Below are positions 24,185-34,449 of a DNA stretch of 64,000 bases, piece by piece. The notes under the pieces were generated by a model that was not told where the DNA came from, ran no database searches, and saw only the letters and a program-made list of their open reading frames with translations. The stretch spans positions 2,736,174 to 2,800,173 of the forward strand of contig OY761541.1 in NCBI GenBank assembly GCA_963664625.1. Direction: 5' to 3'. Positions within the stretch are counted from its first letter, which is position 1, and each line of letters opens with the position of its first letter. Both the position numbers and the translations under genes were made by a program. This DNA is from Dehalococcoidia bacterium. Its GTDB lineage: Bacteria > Chloroflexota > Dehalococcoidia > Lucifugimonadales > UBA3495.

Positions 24185-24624
24185 TCCCCTCGCCCAACCA
24201 CGTTGCAGACGGCATCCACGTATTCTTCCAAGTCTCCCAGGTTGGACCGTAAAATCTCCCAAACTCGGCTGTCGTCTATTTGGTCGTAGACGTGGACCAA
24301 CAAATTGCGAAACCCAGCCATCCTAGCCAACCGGTCCGCCAACTCATTAGTGATGATGCCGCCTGAGGCCAAAACAGCGAAACACTCGGCGTAAGTGCCC
24401 GGGGACTTATTCAGCATCCTGGCCGCCAAGTGATTGCATATAGAGATGGCGGCTTCTATGGCCATTTGAAGCCGATACTTACACGCGTCAACCGCCTCTT
24501 CGTCAATCACAAACTCTTCCATAGGGCGGTTGGAGCGTCGGCGCAGGGCGGAGATTGCATACCTGATTTCCCCGAATCGCTGACAGAGAAGACCGAGGTT
24601 TATATTTGCCGGACTATCTGGCAT
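24181..24624 (-). CDS. HEPN/DUF86 ribonuclease toxin (HepT-like)
   Basis: MAGFRNLLVHVY = RX4HXY. Confidence 0.9.
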   Translation of the reverse strand: MPDSPANINLGLLCQRFGEIRYAISALRRRSNRPMEEFVIDEEAVDACKYRLQMAIEAAISICNHLAARMLNKSPGTYAECFAVLASGGIITNELADRLARMAGFRNLLVHVYDQIDDSRVWEILRSNLGDLEEYVDAVCNVVGRGE

Positions 24625-24732
24625 TCCGAGTTCGTCTCCGAAGTGGGTACAGCATTGTCGGGGGCGCCTGTATGATACCATGCCTACACTGCGGAATAAT
24701 TTGTATTTACGCTGTCCTAAGGAGACTTTTGC

Positions 24733-25911
24733 ATGAACGAACGGCAAGCGGCAAGGCTAGAAGCAGTCCAACCCCCGGCAACCGTCGCGGCGGGCGACCG
24801 GGCAAGGGAGATGGCCCGGCAAGGCAGGGCGGTCATCGATCTGGGGCAGTCGAGCCCTTATCACGATACTCCGGCCCATATCGTGGAAGCGGGCATACAG
24901 GCGTTGCGCGACGGGTTCACCAATATCGAGTCACCCAAGGGCCTTCCTGAGTTCGGCGAGGCGATGGCGGAGAAGTTGGCGCGGCACAACGGACTGACGG
25001 TCGATCCCTTGGGAGACGTTCTGGCGACCCCCGGTAGTAAGCAGGGACTGTACTATGCTCTGAATGCCTACGTGGGCCCGGGTGATGAGGTGCTGCTGGT
25101 TGAGCCGACCTGGGTGAGCTTCAGGCAGCAGGTGGAGCTTTCCCAAGGTGTGCCGGTAGAGGTGGCTCTGAGCGAAGAGGAGGAGTACACCCTGACTTAC
25201 GACGGGTTGCGCCGGTATGTTACTCCCATGACCAAGGCGATGGTCATCAACAACCCCAACAACCCGACGGGCAGGGTCTACTCACGGGAAGAGCTGGAAG
25301 CGGTGGCCCGGGTTGCGCTGGAGAACAACATCCTGGTGATTTGCGACGAGACCTATGAATACTTTGTCTACGGCCCCAACACTCACCTCACGCTGGCGAC
25401 CCTGCCGGGAATGTGGGACCACACATTGACCAGCTATACCTTCACCAAGTCTTACTCAATGGCCGGGTGGCGTCTGGGCTGCATCGTCGGCCCGGAGAGG
25501 TTGCTGGAACCTTTATTGAAGATTCACTCCCATACGGCCAGTTTCGTTTCGCCATTTATCCAGAAGGCCGGCGTGGCGGCTTTGACCGGGCCGCAGGACC
25601 ACATTGCGGAGTGGCGGACTCAATGCGAGCAGCTTGCAACGCAGGTGGCGGACCGGCTAAACGCGGTTCCCGGCGTACACTGCAACGTGCCGCAAGGCGC
25701 GACGTTTCTGTTCCCGCGGTACTCTGGCGAGGTCTCTTCCAAGGAGATGGCCGGACTGCTGGTGGACCGGCACGGTGTCGTGGTGACTCCCGGCTCGGGG
25801 TTCGGAAACGTTGGAGAAGGGCACTTTCGCGTCGCCTTGATGCGGTCTCCCGCGGAGCAGGTGCTGGAGGGAGCCGACCGGATAGCCAACGCGTTGGAGT
25901 CGATGGCGTAA
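24733..25911 (+). CDS. PLP-dependent aminotransferase class I/II
   Basis: NNPNNPTG, DETY, TKSYSMAGWRLG. Confidence 0.93.
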   Translation: MNERQAARLEAVQPPATVAAGDRAREMARQGRAVIDLGQSSPYHDTPAHIVEAGIQALRDGFTNIESPKGLPEFGEAMAEKLARHNGLTVDPLGDVLATPGSKQGLYYALNAYVGPGDEVLLVEPTWVSFRQQVELSQGVPVEVALSEEEEYTLTYDGLRRYVTPMTKAMVINNPNNPTGRVYSREELEAVARVALENNILVICDETYEYFVYGPNTHLTLATLPGMWDHTLTSYTFTKSYSMAGWRLGCIVGPERLLEPLLKIHSHTASFVSPFIQKAGVAALTGPQDHIAEWRTQCEQLATQVADRLNAVPGVHCNVPQGATFLFPRYSGEVSSKEMAGLLVDRHGVVVTPGSGFGNVGEGHFRVALMRSPAEQVLEGADRIANALESMA

Positions 25912-25952
25912 GTCGGTTCGGAGGCTGAATCCAAAAACCGGACAACGACGGC

Positions 25953-26399
25953 CTACCGGTCTCGCCAGTCGGGAGTTTCTTCGTCGACACAATGCAGGAA
26001 CACGAACGCTCCGGTGCGGCCAAGGCCCACGAACTGGCCCGTCAGCGCGGCCACCCTTTGGTAATAGTCCATGCCGTCCAGAGACCGCAAGTACCGGAAA
26101 AACGAGCCTTGTTCCTCTATAAGTTCCAACATGCGCGCGGCGTTGTCGATTGCGCCCAGAATCTTTCGCCGGTTGCGAACGATGCTGCCGTCGTTGAATA
26201 GCCTGTCGATGTCCTCTTGACCATAGGAGGCTACCACCTCCAGATTGAAGCCGTTGAATGCTCGCTGGAACGCCGGCCACTTCTCTCGGATTACCCGCCA
26301 ACTGAACCCCGCTCGAAAGATTGCCTTGGTCAACTCTTCAAAGTAGCCGTCGTCTCCTTCGGGGCGTATCCTGTCGGGTATTTCAATCTGTGTGACCAT
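25953..26399 (-). CDS. DNA-3-methyladenine glycosylase I family protein
   Basis: IFRAGFSW, AFNGF, IVRNRRKI. Confidence 0.85.
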   Translation of the reverse strand: MVTQIEIPDRIRPEGDDGYFEELTKAIFRAGFSWRVIREKWPAFQRAFNGFNLEVVASYGQEDIDRLFNDGSIVRNRRKILGAIDNAARMLELIEEQGSFFRYLRSLDGMDYYQRVAALTGQFVGLGRTGAFVFLHCVDEETPDWRDR

Positions 26400-26557
26400 G
26401 CGAAAGCCTGTTTCCGAAGGTCTTTGGTGTGGTTGACGCCGCCCGCCATGATACCACGGAAGATTACGACCCGCGCCAGAGGCGCTGATGATGCCAATGT
26501 TCGATGCCCTTGGTATACTTAGCGCAACGCTCCGCCACGGCGACGGGAGGTATCCGC

Positions 26558-27742
26558 ATGAACTGGGCATCTGCGATTTCCGAACAACCTGACTTGGGAT
26601 TTGCAATCGGCGAGTGTGTTGGCAGTCTGGGGAACCAATTGGATGGTCAACAGCCTCATCTGGCGGTGGTATTCGTATCCCCGCATCACAGGGCCGACTA
26701 TCAAAAGGTAGTCCCGTTGGTGCGGGAATACCTGCCGACTGCCCGGGTATTCGGTTGCTCCGGCGGAGGAATAATCGGCAACGGACTAGAGGTGGAGCAA
26801 CGCCCGGCGGTATCCATCACCGCCGGGGTCTTGCCCGACGTCGAAATCGTGGAATTCCACGTGGAAGCGAACGACGTCCCGGACTTGGACGCCGGTCCAA
26901 ACTCGTGGGAAGAATTGGTCAAGGTGACCGCCAGCGACGATCCCCAGTTCGTGATGCTGGCCGACCCATTTACGTTCCCGACGCAGAACCTCCTACTGGG
27001 CTTGGACTTCGCTTTCGCCCGCGCCGCCAAGATAGGCGGGTTGGCCAGCGGCGGGCAGCAGCAGGGAGGCAATGCGCTGTTCCTGGGCGAGGAGACCTAC
27101 CATTCGGGGGCCGTTGGACTGGCCCTGCACGGGAATATCACGGTGGACACGGTGGTGGCGCAGGGGTGTCGCCCAATCGGGAACCTTATGCGCATAACGG
27201 AAAGCCGCCGCAATCTCCTGATGTCGCTGGATAACAAGTCACCGCTGGCGGTGCTGCGAGAGTTGTTCGAGCAGTCGGACGAACGGGACCGCGGCTTGAT
27301 GCGGCATTCCCTGTTCTTGGGCGTGGTGATGGACGAGTTTCTTGATTCACCGCGACAGGGAGACTTTCTCATCCGTAACGTGGTTGGGATGGACGAACGC
27401 AGCGGAAACCTAGCCATCGGGGAACTCTTGAAAGAGGGCCAGATGGTGCAGTTCCACCTGCGGGACGCCGAGACCTCGGCCGAAGACCTGACGTCGGTAC
27501 TGGACCGTTACGCGGCCGACAACAGGGAGAACCAAGTCCAGGGGGCGTTGCTGTTTTCCTGCCTGGGTCGGGGCCAATACCTCTACGGCCGGGCAAACCA
27601 CGACACGGGCATATTTCAAGACAAGATCGGGCAAGTGCCTTTGGGCGGGTTCTTCTGCAACGGTGAAATTGGCCCGGTCAGCGGCACCACCTTCCTCCAC
27701 GGGTACACCAGTTCCTTCGGGCTGTTCCGGGCCAAGAGCTAG
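26558..27742 (+). CDS. FIST N/C domain protein
   Basis: GCSGGG, GGLASG, VAQGCRPIG, FSCLGRG, GFFCNGEIGP. Confidence 0.93.
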   Translation: MNWASAISEQPDLGFAIGECVGSLGNQLDGQQPHLAVVFVSPHHRADYQKVVPLVREYLPTARVFGCSGGGIIGNGLEVEQRPAVSITAGVLPDVEIVEFHVEANDVPDLDAGPNSWEELVKVTASDDPQFVMLADPFTFPTQNLLLGLDFAFARAAKIGGLASGGQQQGGNALFLGEETYHSGAVGLALHGNITVDTVVAQGCRPIGNLMRITESRRNLLMSLDNKSPLAVLRELFEQSDERDRGLMRHSLFLGVVMDEFLDSPRQGDFLIRNVVGMDERSGNLAIGELLKEGQMVQFHLRDAETSAEDLTSVLDRYAADNRENQVQGALLFSCLGRGQYLYGRANHDTGIFQDKIGQVPLGGFFCNGEIGPVSGTTFLHGYTSSFGLFRAKS

Positions 27743-27777
27743 GGGTATTCGCCACGCCCATCAAGGTTGGCCTGCCG

Positions 27778-28881
27778 GTGTCGCTGTCCGGCCCGTTTGC
27801 AGTGCAGGGGCGGCAGACCCTGGCCGGGATTCGGGCTTGGGTAGGAGACGTTAACGCCTCCGGTGGGCTGCGTGCCAGCGAGGGGTCGTCCGAGCCGGTG
27901 GAATTGGTCCACTACGACGATGCCGGGCAGCGGGACAGGGTTAGGACGGCCACCGAACGGTTGATCCTAGATGACGGCGTAGACCTGCTGGTTGGGCCCT
28001 ATTCAGCCGTGATGACCCTGGCGGCCGCGGAAGTGGCGGAGTCTTACGGCAAGCTGATGTGGAACCAGGGCGGGGCATCGCCGAACGTTTACCGGCAGGG
28101 CTACAAGTGGGTGGTTGGAATCCTGTCCCCGGCTACCTCATACCTGTCGGAGTTGCTTTACGCAGTGCGCCAAACTTGTCCAGACGCCTCTTCATTGCTT
28201 ATGGCCAAGGCCTCACGCGGGGCCTTTCCTCGAGACGTTTGCGCCGGGGTAGAAGAACAGGCGGCGGCATTGGACTTCCGGATAGTCGGGTCGGTCCGGT
28301 TCGAGCCAGAGTCGGAAGACTTTTCCGAAATAGTCGCGGCAGTCGGGAAAACGAGGCCGGACGTTTTTGTTGGCGTCGGCCGCTTTGAGGACGACCTGCG
28401 CTTGGCGCGGCAGTTGGCCGAATCGGGAACAGGCTTGGCCGCGGCGGCAGTAGTGGCAGCGGGCGTTCACCAATTCGGAGAGGAACTAAGTGAATTGGCC
28501 GAGGGATTCATCGGTCCAAGCCAGTGGGAGGCCGAGGCCGGATACGTGGCCGACTTCGGCCCGTCGGCGGCCCAAGTGGTTGCTTCCCTTCGGCGCGCCG
28601 GGAATCGGGACGTGGACTACCCGATGGCCCAAGCCTACGCCGCCGGAGTGGTGGTGCAACGGTGCCTGTTGGAAGCGGGATCACTGGACGATGCCGCCCT
28701 CAGGCAGGCGTCGTCGTCGCTGGACTTTACCACCTTCTACGGCCGGTTCAGGATAGACCCGGCAACGGGTCTGCAAACAGGCCGGTCTACGCTGCTGGTG
28801 CAATGGCAGGGCGGCCTCAAGGTGATAGTATGGCCGCCAGAGTCGGCAAACGGCGCCCTTCGCTGCCCGTGGCGGCATTAA
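27778..28881 (+). CDS. Branched-chain amino acid ABC-type substrate-binding fold protein (start uncertain, no signal peptide)
   Basis: IKVGLPVSLSG upstream in frame, VNASGG, YDD, GPYS, QWQGG...VWP. Confidence 0.85.
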   Translation: MSLSGPFAVQGRQTLAGIRAWVGDVNASGGLRASEGSSEPVELVHYDDAGQRDRVRTATERLILDDGVDLLVGPYSAVMTLAAAEVAESYGKLMWNQGGASPNVYRQGYKWVVGILSPATSYLSELLYAVRQTCPDASSLLMAKASRGAFPRDVCAGVEEQAAALDFRIVGSVRFEPESEDFSEIVAAVGKTRPDVFVGVGRFEDDLRLARQLAESGTGLAAAAVVAAGVHQFGEELSELAEGFIGPSQWEAEAGYVADFGPSAAQVVASLRRAGNRDVDYPMAQAYAAGVVVQRCLLEAGSLDDAALRQASSSLDFTTFYGRFRIDPATGLQTGRSTLLVQWQGGLKVIVWPPESANGALRCPWRH

Positions 28882-28922
28882 CCACCAATCTCTGGGTTGA
28901 AACAGACTAAGAGGAGATTCGC

Positions 28923-29756
28923 GTGCAACTGGAAAATAAGTCGGCCATCATTACCGGCGCCGGGCGCGGCATTGGGCAGGCCATCGCGTTGGCGTTTGCA
29001 AGGGAAGGGGCGCGGGTGGCGTTGGCAGCCCGCAGCCAGGCCGAGCTGGAGGAGACTGCTGCCCAAGTCGAATCAGTCGGTAGCAAGGCCTTGGTTGTTC
29101 CCACCGACGTTACCGACCAAGGGCAAGTGGAGCGACTGGTAGCGGCGACGCTGGACGCGTTCTCTGCCGTGGACATACTGGTGAACAACGCGGGCATTTC
29201 CGGGCCGCTGGGCCCCATGCAGGACAACGATGTGGCGAGTTGGCTGAACACCATCAACGTGAACGTGGCGGGAACGTTCCTGTGCTGCCGGGCGGTGATA
29301 CCGGTGATGATGCGGCAGGGCGGGGGCAAGATCATCAACCTGTCGGGGGCGGGCGGCACGGGCGCTTGGGCCAACCTGACGGCCTACTGCACCAGCAAGG
29401 TGGCGGTGGTGCGTCTGACGGAGGTGCTGGCCCTGGAGTTGCAGGACAAGGGCATCACGGTCAACGCCCTGGGCCCTGGGTCGGTCCACACGCGGATGTG
29501 GGAAAACATGACGGAGCAAGCGGCGCAAGTCGGGGCCGACTTTATCCACGAGCTTGGACAGCGGGTCACATCCGGCGGGGGCGCCCCCATAGACGATTGC
29601 GCCGAGCTCGCCCTGTGGCTGGCGGGCGATGCCAGCGGCAACCTGAGCGGCAGGCTGATCTCGGCGGTGGCCGACGACTTCCGTGCCTTGGGGCCACGCG
29701 TGCCGGACATAATGGCGTCGGATGCCTACACCCTGCGGCGGATGGAATTGGGGTAG
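28923..29756 (+). CDS. SDR family oxidoreductase
   Basis: TGAGRGIG, NNAG, YCTSK. Confidence 0.93.
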   Translation: MQLENKSAIITGAGRGIGQAIALAFAREGARVALAARSQAELEETAAQVESVGSKALVVPTDVTDQGQVERLVAATLDAFSAVDILVNNAGISGPLGPMQDNDVASWLNTINVNVAGTFLCCRAVIPVMMRQGGGKIINLSGAGGTGAWANLTAYCTSKVAVVRLTEVLALELQDKGITVNALGPGSVHTRMWENMTEQAAQVGADFIHELGQRVTSGGGAPIDDCAELALWLAGDASGNLSGRLISAVADDFRALGPRVPDIMASDAYTLRRMELG

Positions 29757-29839
29757 GAGGGACAAGCGCCCTCGCCCGGTCTTGGACGACGCCCCGATGG
29801 GCAGTCAACCGGGCAAGGACACTTTACGCCGTTGCTGGG

Positions 29840-30610
29840 TTAGCTTTCCAGCTTCACCGGGTTGCGCAGCACGCCGATGCCGCTGATGTCGATCTCGCAG
29901 ACGGCGCCGTCGCCCATGTCTTGCGTGGTGCCGGGAGTGCCGGTGAAGATGCAATCCCCTGGCTCAAGGGTGACGTAGCGGGTGATGAACTCGATCATCG
30001 TGGGCACGTCGAATAGCAGGTGGGACGTGCTCTCGTTCTGCTCCTCGTTGCCGTTCACCCGCGTCCGCAGGTGCTGGTCGTGGGGGTCGAGGTCGGTCTC
30101 GATCCAGGGGCCCATCGGCGAGAAGGTGTCCGCCGACTTGGCCCGCCACCAGTCAGAATTGTTCTCGTTCCGGTCCCGGCGCTGCCAGTCGCGGGCGCTC
30201 ACGTCGTTGCCGCAAGTGTAGCCCAGCACGTGATTGAGGGCATCCTCCTTGGAGACGTTCCTGCACTTGTCCTTGATCACCACCACCATCTCGCCCTCGG
30301 CGTCGAACCGCTCTACCTCTTTGGGGCGGACAATGGAGTCCTCCGGGCCTATGACGCTGGTGGGAGTCTTGTGGAAAATCATCGGGTATTCGGGGCCGGG
30401 CCGGTCGCCGATGTGGCTGGTGTAGTTCAGGCCCATAGCCAGAATCTTGCCCGGCACAACGGGAGCCAAGAGCTTTACGTCGGACAGGTTGTGGACGTGG
30501 TCGGTGCGGGAATGTTCCTCGAAGGGGCTTGCGCTCAGGGCGATAACCGAGTCGCCTTCGATCACTCCGTAGTGAACGCTTCCATGTGCTTCGTACCTTG
30601 CTATTCTCAT
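29840..30610 (-). CDS. Fumarylacetoacetate hydrolase family protein
   Basis: GLNY, EGE, GNDVSARD, KSADTF, TGTP. Confidence 0.93.
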   Translation of the reverse strand: MRIARYEAHGSVHYGVIEGDSVIALSASPFEEHSRTDHVHNLSDVKLLAPVVPGKILAMGLNYTSHIGDRPGPEYPMIFHKTPTSVIGPEDSIVRPKEVERFDAEGEMVVVIKDKCRNVSKEDALNHVLGYTCGNDVSARDWQRRDRNENNSDWWRAKSADTFSPMGPWIETDLDPHDQHLRTRVNGNEEQNESTSHLLFDVPTMIEFITRYVTLEPGDCIFTGTPGTTQDMGDGAVCEIDISGIGVLRNPVKLES

Positions 30611-30726
30611 GGTCTTCTCCTAGCTTTTCTGAACAGGTCTGCGCTGCCGGAACGGGGCCGCTCAGGCAGCGTCAATGCCGAATAATTCTAACCCGTGCCG
30701 CCCCGGTTGGCTACCGGAGGGGACGT

Positions 30727-30851
30727 TGTCTGAACTGTGATTCGTTTGATTTGGGTGATTACGCTGATTCGGTTGTCTCTTGGCTGTGATGGTTGGTGTA
30801 GGCAGGGTAATCAAGGCAATCATGGGAATCATATAAATCATAGTTCAGACA
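30727..30851. repeat. 125-bp palindromic MITE-like element, left copy
   Basis: Ends tgtctgaactgtgatt / aatcatagttcagaca; internal tgatt/aatca repeats. Confidence 0.85.
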
Positions 30852-30959
30852 AGTGATTTGGGTGATTGGTGTGATTTGGTGGTTAAGGTTGGCAATGCTG
30901 TTTTAGAATGGTGGAACGCAAGAGTTATGTGGCAGGGTAGTAATGGAGGTCTAAATCGG

Positions 30960-33900
30960 ATGACGACTACTTTACGGCCCAACAGGGATGCCCTTTCCAG
31001 AGCAATTGACATCTACCGGGATGCGATGCGTCCGTTCATATTGCGGTCTCTCAAGAGAATGCCTGGCGTCTCGGTGGAGACCGCGATAAGGCAGTCGTTG
31101 CCTGACAGGCAGGCGGACAATTTCCGTGCGGCGCTGGGGTCGGGTGAAGACCTGGAATCAGCACTGGACGTCAACATCTTTCCGCCGCTGGTCAGCAACT
31201 TCAGGAATTGGCGTGAAGTGTTCTCCACCGAGTTTGGCGGGGACCAGACGGTCCAGAACGAACTGTGGATGATCAAGGACGCGAGGAACGAAGTTTCGCA
31301 CCCAGGCACGCAGGACCTGGAAGGTGAGTACACCAGGACGCATCTTTACCTCATCGCCGACGTACTGGGTCGAATTAACGCGCCGCAACTGAAGCAGGCC
31401 GTGGAAGACATCCGGGACCAGCTAATCACACCCGCGCCCGCTGCGGAGCCGGTCCAAGCAGTCCAAGAGACCGGGCCGTCTCCTCAAGAGCAGAACGCTC
31501 AGCCCAGAACGCGGCAACAGTCCCGTTCAACCGGCAGTTTGAAGCCTTGGCGGGAGGTTATCCGGCCCAACCAGGACGTTGCCCAAGGCAGCTATCAACA
31601 GGCCGAGTTCGCAGCGGATTTACAGCAAGTGTACGACGGCCGGGCCGACACCACCCAGTACGGGAACCCGGTAAGTTTCTTCGACCACACCTACATCACG
31701 CCGGGCATCAGGGCGTTGCTGGTCAATACCCTCAAACGCTTGAACGGTACGGGGGGAGACCCCGTCATACAAACCAAGACAGGGTTCGGCGGCGGCAAGA
31801 CCCACAGCCTCATCGCCCTGTACCACTTGGTGCGCAACGCCGGCGCGCTGATAAGCCGCCAAGCCGGCGACGGGTCGCGGACCAGCGATGAAATACGCTC
31901 CATCATGGAGGAAGCCGGATACGACCAGAACCCCGATGGCTTGGGAGAGGTAGCGGTGTTGGACGGCGCTTACCTGTCTCCTACAGACGCCACACCGACG
32001 TTAAGCGGGGACCCGTTGAACACCTTATGGGGCGTCATGGCGTATCAACTGGGCGGCCTGCAAGGCTACGACATCGTCGGGGAGGCCGCCCGGCAAGGCA
32101 CGGCGCCCGGGGGCGCCCAGCTTGACGCTCTCTTCGAACACGTAGGGCCGTGCGTCATCCTTATGGATGAGCCGGTGGCCTACGTTCGCAACGCGGGCGC
32201 CGCCCAAGACAGCATTTATACCTTCATCCAAGCCCTCACCCAGTCAGTGCGCCGAAGCAAGGATGTTGCCTTGGTGATTACCCTGCCCCAGAGTCGTGTG
32301 GAGGCAGGAGGCGAAGGGGGCGCAGAGGCCATGGACCGTATCGAGAGCATATTGGGCCGCATAGAGGCGGTGTGGGAGCCGCTGGCAATCAACGAGACGT
32401 TCGAGGTGGTGCGCCGCAGGTTGTTCGGGCCGGTAACCGACCCGGATGCCAGGAACCGCACTTGCGAAGCCTTCTCCAACATGTACTCCAGGAGCCGGCG
32501 GGACTATCCACAAGGCGTTGCCGAGCAGAACTACCAAGAGCGGATAAGGGCTTGCTATCCAATCCACCCGGAGATTTTCGACCGGCTGTATTCCGACTGG
32601 TCCTCCATCCCGGAATTCCAGCGCACCCGCGGCGTCCTGCGGATGATGGCCAAGTGCGTCAACCGCTTGTACTTGAGCAACGATCCCAACCCGCTGATAA
32701 TGCCCGCCGACCTCCCTTTGAGCGACGAAACCCTGGCCAACGAGTTCATCAGGCTGTTGCCGGGCGAGTGGCGCCCCGTCATAACCGAAGTGGACAGCGA
32801 CAACTCCAGGACCGACAACATCGATCAAGAGTCGCAACGCTTCGCTGACGTGGGTGGTGCGGCCCGGCGCATTGCGCGAACGGTGTTCCTGGGCAGCGCG
32901 GGCAGCGGAGCCATCAGGGGTGTAGACTCGCGGCAGATCCACTTGGGCACGGTGCAACCGGGGCAGGGCGTCACGGCGTATACCGAAGCGCTTAGCCGTA
33001 TGACCGGCAACCTTTACTATCTGTACAACAATGGCGACCGCTACTTTTTCTACTCCGAAGAGAACCTGAACAAGGTGGCCAACGACCGGGCCGACGCCCT
33101 GGATAACAGAACGATAGACGCTTACATCATCGACAAGCTGGAAGAGGCCAGCTACCGGCAATCTGACGTGGTCATTTACGCCCATGACACCGGTGAGATA
33201 CGGGACGACGCCTTCGTGCGGCTCGTGGTATTGCCGCCTGCCCTGTCCTTGCCCAGCCGCTCTTCCGAGAACGATGATGCGTCGCCGGAGGCGCTCAAGA
33301 TACTCAATCAGCGGGGCGACGCCCCCCGTGTCCGCCGCAACACGCTTCTATTCCTGGCCGCCCGGCGGGACGAAGTACGCAACCTGAGGAACGCCGTCAG
33401 GAGGTACTTGGCTTGGCACTCCATAGTCAACGGCGAGACCAGGATCCAGAACCTCACTGGTGACCGCTTGGGCCAAGCCAGGTCCGCCGTCAACAACGCC
33501 GACAGGGAGGTCAGGAACGAGTTGGTGCGGGCCTACCGCTGGGCGCTGGCGCCGTTCCAGAGGGACCCGCAAAGGGCGGAGTACGAACTGAACCAGTCCC
33601 AGACAAGCGCCCCGGACTTTGGGGAAATTTTCAAGAGCGCCTTCGACAAATTTGTACAGGACGAGGCCCTGGTGAACCTCATTTCCACCACGTCTTTGAC
33701 CAGCATGTTGCAACAGTACATCTGGAACAGGGAGGACAGCAGCGACCATCTCAGCGTGGATGCTTTGTGGGACCTGATGACCAGCAACGTTTACATGCAC
33801 CGACTGAAGGACAGAACGGTCCTGGAAAGCTGCATCGAAGATGGAGTAGAAGGGGGCGCGTTCGGCTACGCCGCCGGTTATGACGGGGAGCGGTACGAAG

Positions 33901-34337
33901 GGTTGCGGTACAGTGAACCGTTAGCCGATTCCAGCGGTTTTGCTGGTGAGCGTAACCGTCGGCCAGGGTTCCTCGTGCGTCCTGACGCGGCGGCCCGTCA
34001 AAAGGAAGCAGACGCGATTCCGACGCCGCCAGAAATTCTTGACCGCCCTGATGTCCCCAGGCCCGATACTCCACCGCCCCCGGACCTACCGCCCCCGCCC
34101 GGCCCCCGGCTTTCCCGCCGCATCGTGGCCCGCAAAACCACCGGGGCCAATATATCGTTGGACGACGTCAACGTGCTGCGCGAGGAAATCATCCGCAACC
34201 TGACCAACGACGGCGGCGAGGTTACAGTGGAGATCATCGTTTCCGCCACCAAGGCTGAGGGGTTTTCCGAGAGCATCGCCCGGTCTGTACGGGAGAACAG
34301 CACCCAGCTTGGCCTGGAGTTCAGTGAGGGCGAATAG
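30960..34337 (+). CDS. DUF499 family AAA+ ATPase with N-terminal Swt1-like HEPN domain
   Basis: ARNEVSH (RX4H), LKPWREV, EFAADL, FGGGKTHS, LMDE, YPIHPE, FQRTRGVLR. Confidence 0.92.
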   Translation: MTTTLRPNRDALSRAIDIYRDAMRPFILRSLKRMPGVSVETAIRQSLPDRQADNFRAALGSGEDLESALDVNIFPPLVSNFRNWREVFSTEFGGDQTVQNELWMIKDARNEVSHPGTQDLEGEYTRTHLYLIADVLGRINAPQLKQAVEDIRDQLITPAPAAEPVQAVQETGPSPQEQNAQPRTRQQSRSTGSLKPWREVIRPNQDVAQGSYQQAEFAADLQQVYDGRADTTQYGNPVSFFDHTYITPGIRALLVNTLKRLNGTGGDPVIQTKTGFGGGKTHSLIALYHLVRNAGALISRQAGDGSRTSDEIRSIMEEAGYDQNPDGLGEVAVLDGAYLSPTDATPTLSGDPLNTLWGVMAYQLGGLQGYDIVGEAARQGTAPGGAQLDALFEHVGPCVILMDEPVAYVRNAGAAQDSIYTFIQALTQSVRRSKDVALVITLPQSRVEAGGEGGAEAMDRIESILGRIEAVWEPLAINETFEVVRRRLFGPVTDPDARNRTCEAFSNMYSRSRRDYPQGVAEQNYQERIRACYPIHPEIFDRLYSDWSSIPEFQRTRGVLRMMAKCVNRLYLSNDPNPLIMPADLPLSDETLANEFIRLLPGEWRPVITEVDSDNSRTDNIDQESQRFADVGGAARRIARTVFLGSAGSGAIRGVDSRQIHLGTVQPGQGVTAYTEALSRMTGNLYYLYNNGDRYFFYSEENLNKVANDRADALDNRTIDAYIIDKLEEASYRQSDVVIYAHDTGEIRDDAFVRLVVLPPALSLPSRSSENDDASPEALKILNQRGDAPRVRRNTLLFLAARRDEVRNLRNAVRRYLAWHSIVNGETRIQNLTGDRLGQARSAVNNADREVRNELVRAYRWALAPFQRDPQRAEYELNQSQTSAPDFGEIFKSAFDKFVQDEALVNLISTTSLTSMLQQYIWNREDSSDHLSVDALWDLMTSNVYMHRLKDRTVLESCIEDGVEGGAFGYAAGYDGERYEGLRYSEPLADSSGFAGERNRRPGFLVRPDAAARQKEADAIPTPPEILDRPDVPRPDTPPPPDLPPPPGPRLSRRIVARKTTGANISLDDVNVLREEIIRNLTNDGGEVTVEIIVSATKAEGFSESIARSVRENSTQLGLEFSEGE

Positions 34338-34356
34338 TACGAATGATTCAGGGGGC

Positions 34357-34414
34357 AAAAAGAAACGCCCCCTTGCGGGAGCGTCGGCCCAGCAGCATCA
34401 CCCGCTGGGGGGGT
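34357..34414 (-). ncRNA. Candidate ~58-nt sRNA divergent from the NYN gene
   Basis: Own promoter (34421-34449), CCCAGC/GCUGGG stem, ACGCUCCC-GCAA-GGGGGCGU terminator hairpin plus UUCUUUUU. Confidence 0.6.
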
Positions 34415-34420
34415 AACGTC

Positions 34421-34449
34421 AGATTACACTAATAAGGATAGTATGTCAA
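34421..34449 (-). promoter_or_regulatory. Sigma70-type promoter overlapping the NYN start codon, antisense direction
   Basis: TTGACA-17 nt-TAATCT. Confidence 0.65.

Noticed and set aside
30727-30890. CRISPR array
   Set aside because: Only short tgatt units within a palindrome; no repeat-spacer periodicity and no cas genes
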